This document shows, in pieces, positions 24,523 to 35,420 of a stretch of 64,000 nt of DNA; the first letter of the stretch is position 1; every line of letters begins with the position of its first letter. Both the position numbers and the translations under genes were made by a program. Origin of the DNA: Dictyostelium fasciculatum (taxonomy: Eukaryota); the NCBI RefSeq assembly GCF_000203815.1, contig NW_004457624.1:3058354-3122353 (forward strand), read 5' to 3'. Below the pieces are notes generated by a model, which ran no database searches, had not been told where the DNA came from, and saw nothing but the letters and a program-made list of their open reading frames with translations.

Positions 24523-26011
24523 TTACAAATTAACAGATAAAGTACGACCTATTGAATTGATACTTGGTAAAGGTAGTGGAGTGGTATGAAGACATTTGTG
24601 ATGTTTCATGTCCTTTAGGTTGAATGAACATTTACATGATGGACATTTGACTACATTTCTTTTACACTTGTCACGGAGATGTTTGTGTAAAGAGGTATGG
24701 CTAAACTTGGCACCAACACTTTCTTTGACATGGACGAGTTGGTCAGTGTAGCTATGTTTGAATCCACGCAACATCTGGTTGCAAAATGTACATATTTCCC
24801 ACATTTCACTGTCATGTGAAAAGATGTGACTGGAATAGGCAGTACGGGTAAAGTAACCATCGCATTGGTAGCAGTGCAAGTATGCACACTCACTCTCTAG
24901 ATGGTTGGGCAATGACTCTCGTGGAATGAGTTTGGCCTGACACCCATTATGGAATGAATTAGGACATGCAACCATTCTCAACAAACATGCATGTAAATGA
25001 TCATGTGCATCATTTATATTAACTTGTAAATGACAATCTTTACATTTAAATGATATGGTATCTTGTCCCCTTGGAGTTGAGCTATTACCACTACTATTAC
25101 TATTATCATTATTATTGTTGTTGTCAATTTTACTAAATTGACCAGGAAGTTCTGTACTTGTCATTGGATGTAATGTAGATTGTTTAATGACTGATGCAGA
25201 TGATGTTAATCTTGATTTATATGTTGTTGTTGTACCATTATTATTACTATCTTGATTTTCATTTCCATTATTATTATTATCTTCATTATTATTATTTTCA
25301 TTTCCATTTGTAGCACTTTTTGAAGTATAATTTGGATCATTATTTTGATAAGTTTTACTAAATCCAAATGAACCTTGTTGTTTATCCAAAGCATCGATGT
25401 ATTCTTTTGGGATGTAGAATGATTCAAATACACGTCTAATTTCCTGACGATTACGTAGTTGGAATGACATGATGTAATCTATTTCCTTTTTCTTGTCCAT
25501 CGAGATTGGGTCTTGACGTGTTGGGATACGATACACTAAACATAATTGTCGTATACATTTATAGGCACCCTTTACAAAACAGAGTTCAAACAAATAAGGT
25601 GCAGATTTGGGACACTTGATTCTTTCGTTGAAAAAGTAAACTAGGAAATGACCAAACAATACATCATTGTCGTATCCAATCAACGAATGATAAATCCCAT
25701 TAAAATAATGGTCCATTGCTTCTTTATCTTGTCCAAACAACTTTTCAATAAATGGTTTCAATTCCATCTGTCTTGTCAATGGTTCCCGAATAATAAAATC
25801 AAAAATAAATGATACCTTGCAATCAAATAATGAAGAATTGTATGGTAAAAATGATTCTATTAAATCATATCTACCCAATGTTAATAAATCTCCAAATATC
25901 TAAAATAAAACAAATAAAATTAAATTAATTCATAAATCAAATTACATTTATATATATTTTACTTACAAGAGTTGATTCAGTATCTGATAATGAAATATTA
26001 AATAATTTCAT
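24523..26011 (-). CDS. Protein with C-terminal TRAF/SIAH-type zinc fingers and an uncharacterised N-terminal domain. Exons 25967..26011 and 24523..25899 (about 473 aa).
   Basis: MKLFNISLSDTESTL|IFGDLLTLGRYDLIESFLPYNS... The C-terminus has many CxxC/HxxxH motifs (FKCKDCHLQV..HDHLHAC..CPNSFHNGCQAK..ECAYLHCYQC..CPSCKCSF). It has a poly-N/D/S low-complexity centre. The intron 25900..25966 is GTAAGT..TTTTAG. Confidence 0.45.
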
Positions 26012-26101
26012 TAAATTTAATAAATTATTACACTATTTAATAAATAAATTAAAATGTTAATATAAATTTATATTTATAATTTTGTTTGTTTCTTTTTTTT
26101 T

Positions 26102-29100
26102 TTAATCTCTTACAATATTTAAATCTTGTTTTGAATTTAAGAATAAATTAAAAATTTCTTTTGATTGACGATTATTAAAATAAGATTTGTACTTTGGTTT
26201 TGATTGAATGTATTGATAAAATTCATCGGTGATGAGGAGAGTGGATAATCCATCTTGGTGATGATCAATGAATCGGTCAATGATGACACTGGATATAGGG
26301 AATAGGTCACGTTTCTTTAATAGGTACAATAGTTTGGACATTTGAGATGCCTTTTTGTTGTATTCTCCGAGGATCGATGGAGACTGGTGGATAGCCTGCT
26401 GCTGTACATTCTTGCTAGAACAAGTCGACTCGTCCTGCAAGAGTTGCTCTAAAAGGGCATCGTGAAGTGAAATGTTTTTTAAAATGGAAATGTCCAATAA
26501 ATCCATTTGGTGTCCTGTCAATTGATAGATATCCGAACCAGACTCTATTAGCAGCGATACCATCTCTAATACAATTTCTTGACTTGTTGTATTATTACAT
26601 AATGCCAAATGAAGTGGTGTATATCCAATTAAATCTTTCATATTAATTATAGAAATAATTTCTTCCCTATCCTCTTCTTCTTGTTTTTGTTTTTTTAAAA
26701 TATCTAATATTATTTTTAAACTTTCCAAATGACCACCACTAGCAGCTAAATGGAGGGGAGTTGATTGATTTGGATCGGTATCGTTGATATTGGCACCAGC
26801 TTTGATTAAAAGACGGACAATCTCGGGTTGACCAACTGCAAAGTGAATGATGGGAGTATCTTTCCAACGTTTGAGTGATACGTCTGCACCGGCCATAATC
26901 AATGGTTGGATCATGTGAATGTGGTTGTTGAGTACGGCCAACAATAGTGGAGACTGCAATGACTTGTTCAACTTGTTAATGTATCCAAATTCGACAGATA
27001 CATTGAAACAATTCAAACTGCCGTATGCAGCAGCCATGTGAATCGGTGTGTTTCCATCGCTGTCATTGATACCACTGTTGGTGACAGACAGAGCATTAAA
27101 AAACAATGCCAACAATTTATGATTGTCATGTCGTATACATGTAAACAATAAATCACATGTTATCGTTCGATCCAAAGATTGTATATCCTTGTCAAATAAA
27201 TAAGAATTTAACATTCTTGCCACTTTTAATGGATCCCCTTTTTCTATATTTAATTTAATATTTTTAAAATCTTCTATATTTACTTTTTTTGACTACAGAA
27301 AATTAAAATAAAAATAAATTAATAAATGATTTGATTTGATTTGATTTCTATTTACATACTAAATGTTTTTCTAAAATTTCTATACATTTTGAATGACCTT
27401 TTTCTTTTGCAATATCTAATGGAGTACGTTCGAGTGAAGTTTGCATGTCTGGGATAGCACCATGTTTTAGTAATAGTAGGATGATTTGTTCATGACCACC
27501 TTGAGCAGCCCAGTGAAGAGGAGTATAGGAATTATATTCTTCTTTCCAAGATTGAGCCAAATGAACCAATCGCTTTTCAATCATTTTATATTGAGCATGA
27601 CGAACCTTTAACATACTTTCATAGTCTTTTAGAGTACTACTATTTAATTCTTGTTGTTGTTTTTGTTGTTGTTGTTGTGGTGAAAGTGGTCTAATGCCAT
27701 CCAATTGCTCCTTGGTTTGTTTGTAAGTGGTTGACAATCTACTTGTCTGTCGATTACATTCTTCGGTCATATGTACCACCTCTCCACCATAATCCCATAC
27801 ACCAGTCCTCCATGATATCAATGATGATCCTCTCTTTGTTTGTATCATTTCATTTAATACTGTTTCATTTCCAGTTTGTATACATAAAAATAATGTAATT
27901 TGTGCAAACTTAAAAATAAAAAATAAAAAAGTTAGTAAATGAAATAAATATTATTTCTTTCTTTTTTAATTTTCATATTCATTTTACCATTGTATCTAAT
28001 AATAAATAAGATGATTCTAAATTAAAATTAAATAAACTTGATGTCATAATTCCATCTCTAAATAATTTTAAAATCATTATTAATTAAATAATAATAATAA
28101 TAATAATAATTAGGTTGTTAAAATTAAAATAAATAAATATTAGTTATTATTTATTTGTTTGTTCTATTCTATTATTATTTTTTGTTTGTTTTGTTTTTTT
28201 TAATTTTATATATATATTACATACGATCTATGCCAATTGATTGAATAAAATTTATTTTTACCCATCAATAATACATTGGTATTTGAAGAGGTGATATCAG
28301 CTCCATTTTCCAACAAGACACGGATACATGATAGACGATTCTGCAAATTCGATGTTATATCTTCAAGTCTAAGAAACTTTTTTTTAAAGTTGTCATATAA
28401 CACGCTGTCCTCGGGGCAACCATACTTGTTCATTAACACACATTCTAGAATCAGTGGGTTATTGTTTGAAATGGCTGCTTCTGCTGCTCTCATATATGTC
28501 TTGCTGTCATGTAATATCGATAAAGACAATACATCGAGTGCTCTCTTTGTATCATGTTGTTCTATATATCTTATTAAATCTAAAAAGAGAGAGACAAAAA
28601 AAAGGGTCAGTCAAACAATGTACATATTGAACAACATGGTAGAAAGAAAAAGAAAAGGAAAGGGTTCCAACCCATCACTCACTCTCCCCCGTCGTCTTAT
28701 CTCTCTCTCTCTCTATACACCACACACATATCCCACAACACACACACAATACAATTGTATTTAAAGAAAAAAAGATAATCTTGGGGGTTTGTCATATTTG
28801 TTTTAGATTTTATAAACAAAATCTGACATGATTATCCAATCTAATCTATTTTTGTATATGTGTTTGTGTGTGTGGTTGATGGGATGGGGCGATAGATAGA
28901 TAGATAGTACATAAACTGTCTATTCATCCTTCATTCTCGTTCAACTACTATTATTATTATCATTATTTATAATGTATTTGGACACTTACCAGAACTTAAT
29001 TCAAGTATCATACGCTTTTTATATTCTCTTTTCCAACCTTTTTGAGGTACAAAGGTTTGTTTTGGTTTTTGTTGTTGTTTTTCTTTTTGTTGTCCATGTC

Positions 29101-29680
29101 CATGTCCATGTTCCTGTTCTGTTTGTGATTGTGATTGTGATGCCGATTGAACAGGAGGAATTGTGGGGACGTTGAATCTAGAGAGAAAGAGTGGTTTCCA
29201 TAATCTCTCATCTGATGATATGACCAGATAATAATGACAAGTTTTTGAAAAGGATAAGAGATCGTATACGTTTAATTGTCCAAGTATACCTAGTAAGGTT
29301 TCAGTGGGTAACAACTCCATTGGTGATGATATAAAATTATTTTGTCTATACAAATCATATGTTGTCTGTTGTTCTAGTTGTTCTATTTGTTGTTGTTCAA
29401 TCTTTTTTAGAATATCAATATCTTCTTGTTGGATCTGACTATTGATACTAATATTTGGACTATAATATAAATGATGCTGATTTTGATTCTGATTATTGAT
29501 CAAATTAAAGAAATAATCTTCTTCTTCTTGTTCTCTGTTTGCTTCGTCTTGTTCTTCTTCTTCGTCGTCGTAAGAATAGTGGTGGTCTTGAACTACTATT
29601 GTTTCTTCCTCAAGAGGACCATTAAATACTATATCATTGGTTGTTGAACTTTGTGATCGTGATGGAGAATAGTAGCTCAT
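26102..29680 (-). CDS. F-box plus ankyrin-repeat protein. Four exons: 28990..29680 (acidic/Q-rich N-terminus and F-box), 28262..28579, 27360..27859 and 26102..27292 (about 899 aa).
   Basis: F-box LLPTETLLGILGQLNVYDLLSFSKTCHYYLVISSDERLW in ORF 28967..29680. Ankyrin repeats: GNTPIHMAAAYG.., TPLHLAASGGHLESLKIIL, YTPLHWAAQGGHEQIILLLLKHGA, IRVLLENGADI. Splice phases are consistent across all three introns (691+318+500+1191 = 2700 nt = 900 codons). The introns carry (CA)n/(GA)n/(GATA)n microsatellites. Confidence 0.6.
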
Positions 29681-30653
29681 TTAACTTTAGCTACCAAGTG
29701 TGTGTGTTGTTGTTGTTGTTGATGATAATAATAATAATATATATACAATATAGGGTGAAATTGGGGTTTGGTTAAAGGTTCTATTTACAAAAAGGTAAAG
29801 GTTGTGTTGTTGTGATTATTATTATTATTATTGTTATTTAAATTAATCCTATTTATCTCAAATTTGTGTGTGTATGTATGATATTATCTTATCTGTGTAT
29901 TATCTATCTTATCTTCTATTGATTTGAGTAGTGTGGTTGGAAAGGAAAGGAAAGCTCATGAGGATGTTGATAGAGAAAGAGGATCGAAAGAGGAACTAGG
30001 AAAATGTGTCTAGAAGTTGTTGGGGTATAACAATCTAGCTGTTTGGGGGCATTCCACCACGTGATCCTTGAAACCACGCTCTCTCTGAGAGGATATTGAT
30101 TTTTTGTGTTTTTGGCTAAACCCAAATACGTATGAGGGGTGGTCGAGATAACCTTGATGATGTTGTCGAACCTTTTCGGCTCTTTCTAGTTTAGATACCA
30201 TAGTTTATTTTACCATCTTTCTATCCTATTATTTTTGTTTTCTCTAGAGTATTCTCCCCATCTATCAAGATCCTTGTTGGGTCTTTCATCTAAGAGTCCT
30301 CTTTCCACATTTGGTTAGATTTTTATATAAAAAAAAAACCGTCACATTTTATTTAACCTCTTTGTCCCTATTTGGGTAGAAAATGTTTGTTTTTTAGTTT
30401 TAGAAAAACTCAAATTAGTATTTTAGTTTTAGAAACAAAGTACTTTAATATTTTTGATTTGATTTTTAAAGAATTTTAATTTACAATTTGATTTTATTTT
30501 TTGTATAATAAAAACTATCTTTTTTTACTTTTGGTTGTTGTTTTTAAACAAAAAGGTTTTTAGATTTTTTGTTGTTGTTGTTGAGATAGTTTTTTTGATC
30601 TAAAAGATTTGTTTGTTTGTTGTTTTTTTTCTAATCTTTTCTTTACTTTTTAC

Positions 30654-33349
30654 TTATTTTGGGATATTACCACCAACCAAACCATTGGCAGTATTGAAGA
30701 GATTGATTGGTGAAGAACCATCGGTAATCATGAAACTCTTGAGACCGAGACCAGAGAGGAGCTTGGCTTGCATTTCTGGGCCAGCTTGGGCGATGGATTT
30801 GATAGTGTCGGCACCGATGGATCCAACAATGTCTCTAAACTTCTTGGCATCGATTTCAGTGAGATCCTTGGCACGTTGGATTTCGAGTTCATCCAACTTC
30901 TTCTTGTATTGGAGTTCGGCCTCACGCTTTTGCTTGATCAAGAGGAGTTCAGATTCGGAACGGATCTTGGTGGCTTGAGCCTTGAGCTTGGCTTGGTTAA
31001 CGTTAGCCTCGGCAGTGATGGCTTGGGCTTCAGCTTGGGCTTGAGCTTCTGCGGTTGCTTGACCGGTGGATTCGACGGCAGCAGATTGGGCTTGCAACTC
31101 GAGCAACTCCTTTTTGGCAAGTTCGGCAGCAGCTTCATCATTGATCTTTTGACGTTCGAGACGACCACGGGCACCTTGTTCGAGCTTTTCGGCTTCGTGA
31201 CGGGCAGCAGCTTCTTGAGACTTGGTGGTGATTTCGATGGCCAATTGGACAGACTTTTGGAGAGAGTCACGGGTACGTTGGTCGACTGGTTCGACAGATT
31301 GAATATCAATGTTGGTGACGACGAGACCGTTGGAATTGAAAACAAAGTTTTCCTTTGGCTTGCCAGTTTCATCAAAACCAAAGACAGAGTGACGGATAAT
31401 TTCAGCAGAACGCTTGTGGAAGTCGTCAAATGGAACGGCAGCGACGGCACCACGGACACGCGAGGCGATGGCCTTGCAAGAGTCACCAACAAAATCTGGG
31501 ACTTGGAAGATCTTTTGGGCATCCTCCTTTTTGGTCTTGTCAATGACAAATTGCCAGTTGTAGGACAACTTCAACGAGAGCTTGGCGTGATCAGAGGTTT
31601 CGACAATGACAACGTCGGTCATGAAATCTGGACCGAGGTAGAGAGCAATAGACTTGATGACGTGTGGACGCTTTGGCTTTTCACCAGAGAGCGAGAGGAC
31701 GGTAAAGTGTTCGTCTGGACCGAGCATGACCAACTCTGGACCGAAAACAACACGAGCCTTCTTTTCCTTGTAATCGTAGATTTGGACGGCAGAGTTGTGT
31801 GGGGCACGGTAAGTAACAACACGGGTCTTGTCACGGCTGCCAAAGTCGGGGTCGTTGGTTTCCTTGGCAAAGACTTCTTCGACGGTCTTGGGCAACTCCT
31901 TTTCCCAGAGTTCTTCGTTTGGACGAAGCATATAGGTACGGGCAGAGAGCGAGGCAACCTTACCAGTCTTGATATCACGGACATAGATACCTTCGTTGTC
32001 GTCCAATGGGATCGAGGTACGCTTCTCGGCAACTTCGACTTGGACGGGTGGGATGAAATCGGTTGGACCATAGATCATCCAACGGTCACCGGCCAAATGG
32101 GTTTCGGCGCCATCAGTAAAGGTTTCCTTGGCACGGAGGAGGAGGGCTTCTTGGTCGTTGAGAATGTAGACTGGGTTGATACGGTTGCCTTCGAGCGACT
32201 CTCCTGGACGGAGGAAAAAGGAGACTTCACCCTTGCGCAACTCCTTTTGACCGAGTTGTGGCTTGCCGTTGGCACCGACTGGGTCGAGGACGACACAGTA
32301 TTGACGCTTGGAGAGGGTGGTGATGGCAATCTCAGAGACGACGGTTTCATAGACATCGGCAATATGGGTTTCACGGTCGGACGAGGTGACGAGCCATTCT
32401 TCACCGGCCTTTCTTTGGACTGGGGTCTTGCCAGACTCGTCGGTGAACGACTTGATGGCCTTGAGGTGGAGAGCCTTCTTGTCGGTCAAAATGTATGCGT
32501 TGACAGTCTCGACAATCTTTTCGTCGACGCCTGGCAAGTAGGAACCGCTTTGACGGACCAACCACTCTTCACCGGCCTTTCTGGCAGTGCCGAGTCTGTC
32601 GATACAGGCCTTGTTGGCACGGAGCTTGAGGGCTTGGTTTGGACCGATAATGTTGGCCTTGATCTCTTCCTCGACACGGACTTCAATGCGTGGCAAGTAG
32701 GTGCCTGGACCTTCGTATAACCATTCGTCACCGGCAACGTGGGTGACCTTGCCTTCGGTAAAGTCACGGAGTGCTCTGAGACGAAGAGCACGGAGTGGTG
32801 GAACGACTTGGAGGGCAGTGACCTTGCCAACCAACTTTTCACCTGGGTATAATGGGAATGGGTCTTGAGCAACACGGATCTCTTCATCACCGTGTCTCAA
32901 CTTGACTTGGTTAAACTCATCCAAAGCCAATGATCCGTCGGCCTTGCGAACTACTGGGTTACCAATGGTGCAGTAGTTACGGAGTGGAATCATGATCATG
33001 GGATCTGGACCGGCAACTACCTTTTCGTGGTCTTGACGTGTAAAGGTGTTTGGACCAATCTCTACTCTGGTTACATTGGTATTATTATCCAAGACATGAA
33101 TGTATTGGTATGGTTTGATACGTATCACTAAAATATATAATAGAGAGAAGAGAAATAAAAGAATGAATAAGTTAGAATAGAGAACTTAAGAAAAATCGTA
33201 AAGACTGTAAGACATCAAGTCTAACAACAAATATTGCGTTCAGTTTTGTGGTCGATCATTTGATAGATCGTTCACTACTTTTGCTCTATTTGTTGTTTCT
33301 ATTGATGTTGAGTCTTGTTTGATAACAAACCTGAGTTGGTGGCATCCAT
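30654..33349 (-). CDS. mvp: Major vault protein, paralog A. Exons 33331..33349 (MDATNS + G) and 30654..33127 (830 aa).
   Basis: ORF 30654..33128 (-): (V)[59 protein letters not shown]..., MVP repeats, shoulder/cap-helix region and C-terminal [22 protein letters not shown]. It is closely collinear with human MVP. An upstream mini-exon is joined via GTTTGT...TTTTAG. Confidence 0.9.
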
Positions 33350-33362
33350 TTTTTAGAGCTTA

Positions 33363-33723
33363 GATGTGTATAAAGAGTAGTATTAAAAAAGTATAGTGAA
33401 AAGTGTTAAGAGAGATTGAGAATAAAAATATATATATAAATAAACAAAGTAAATATATATAGAGAAACCAAGTTAAATAATATAATCAAGTAAGATGGTG
33501 TGATGATGTAAAAGAAAAAAGCTGATATTAAAAGATGCTGGCCAATGGCTCTCTTTAATTATTTTCGAAAAAATTTTAATAAATTTCCTGTAAAAATATC
33601 CTAACGTTGACCTCACACAACGTGACGCACACATCGATCAGCTGAATTTTTCACAATTCACGGAAGCTTAGATTCATCTTCAGCTGATCGTTGCATTCAT
33701 CTTTGTATCTGCTGTCATATTAA
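33363..33723. repeat. Left arm of an approximately 360-bp inverted repeat forming the 5' flank/promoter of MVP-A. It contains an internal 11-bp inverted repeat GATCAGCTGAA/TTCAGCTGATC at 33636..33689 and a GC-rich core GTTGACCTCACACAACGTGACGCAC.
   Basis: The reverse complement of 35048..35408 matches 33363..33723 with about 97% identity. Differences are confined to a few indels near 33385..33400. Confidence 0.9.
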
Positions 33724-34439
33724 CAATACTATGGAGTGAATTGTGGTATTTGGTGTACTTTTAATTTTAATTAATTGATCCTATGAAATGATGCGTTGCT
33801 GATCATCAGCTTGATCGTGTGGCGATATGATCGACCATAGAAACACGCTCATCAGCTTGGCCGTGTTTCTATGGTCGATACTAATTAATATATACTCGCG
33901 ATAATCATAATTAGATTATTTAACATCATTATTAATATTAAATACAGAGGAAACTCGAAAGATCATATAGAACTTGAAGAGCGATGGTTTTATTTAAAGA
34001 TCTGGTTTGGTAGTATGGGTTAAAAATGTTTAATACTACTGTAGTCTCTGTCTGGTATGATGAATTCGAATACAGATAGGCATTTGATAGATATTTTCAC
34101 TTCATATACATATGGGGTTTTGATATATGTATATGGTCCTACTTCGGCCATAATTAATATTGGAATCTGGTTGAATGTAAAACTATCCTCGATCTGTTCG
34201 TCATCTTTATCATATCCTTTGTATTGATAATGGCTTTGGTAGTGCGACTTTGGTCGATCTAACAATGCTAAAAATAGCTCCACAGTGCTGGGTCATATGG
34301 AATGGCTTTTACCATTGTCAATTTGAAGAGGTACTTTCCCTCAAGCGCCTTGAGAGATTTTTCCAGGTCATAAAGCAAAAGCCTGGCAGACATATCTTGT
34401 TGTTGTTGAGGCCGGACTTGAGGGGTCACCTTCTTAATC

Positions 34440-34690
34440 TATCCTAATCTATCATATCTACACTTGATATATTGATTGATGATAATCATGTGATTAATTC
34501 ACACAAAGAACAGTCGATGGTTGATTTGATCGATTGATGATCATGTGATTAAAGTCAACAAACAACATACATGAATATATTGGTGGGGCTTGATTCTGAT
34601 TACGGTCGATGGTTGTGACATTTTTAGATGTGTATAAAGAGTAGAATTAAAAAAAGTATATTCGTGAATGAAAAGGCAATAAATATAAAC
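34440..34690 (-). repeat. Inverted partial copy of MVP-B 5' end: about 45 bp upstream, exon 1 ([17 protein letters not shown]) and the first roughly 120 bp of intron 1. It has no following exon, so it is a relic/pseudo-exon.
   Basis: The reverse complement of 34553..34660 is identical to 35375..35490. Similarity continues with increasing divergence to about 34440 and 35590. ORF 34541..34756 (-) translates to ..[17 protein letters not shown] then reads into intron sequence. Confidence 0.85.
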
Positions 34691-35047
34691 AATGGGTCTG
34701 ACCGAACATAACCAATTGATTAAAAAGGGGTGACGATTATATCTAATAGCTGCCATTATTAAACTGTAGACATGTTGACTATGAAATTGATGTTAAATAA
34801 TCTGATTATGATTATTATACAATGTTATGTAAAAATATAGCTGATCTCTCTCACAAACAAAAATTATACAAAAGAGTCCCTTTGAAACTTCTTAAGAGCT
34901 AATCAAACAAAAGGAATAGCAATTCATCACTGACCATAGCAAGTCTGCACGACCAAGCCGATGAGCAACGCATCGACCAATTAATTTAAAAAGATAACCA
35001 AACAACACTGCAATTAACTCCATAGCAAGTCGCCTCATACTGCATTT

Positions 35048-35408
35048 TAATATGACAGCAGATATAAAGATGAATGCAACGATCAGCTGAAGATGAATCT
35101 AAGCTTCCGTGAATTGTGAAAAATTCAGCTGATCGATGTGTGCGTCACGTTGTGTGAGGTCAACGTTAGGATATTTTTACAGGAAATTTATTAAAATTTT
35201 TTCGAAAATAATTAAAGAGAGCCATTGGCCAGCATCTTTTAATATCAGCTTTTTTCTTTTACATCATCACACCATCTTACTTGATTATATTATTTAACTT
35301 GGTTTCTCTATATATATTTACTTTGTTTATTTATATATATATTTTTATTCTCAATCTCTCTTAACACTTTTCATTCACTAATATACTTTTTTTAATTCTA
35401 CTCTTTAT
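35048..35408. repeat. Right arm of the inverted repeat, the 5' flank/promoter of MVP-B. It ends immediately before the MVP-B ATG.
   Basis: See the left arm. The symmetry axis is near 34385. Confidence 0.9.
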
Positions 35409-35420
35409 ACACATCTAAAA

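Noticed and set aside
30768-32720. 650-aa plus-strand ORF inside MVP-A, with similar long antisense ORFs inside MVP-B (35878..37212) and CTP synthase (12204..13796).
   Set aside because: These GC3-rich, codon-biased genes have few stop codons on the opposite strand. The sense-strand proteins have clear homology (MVP, CTPS) and the antisense translations are low-complexity G/L/V-rich.
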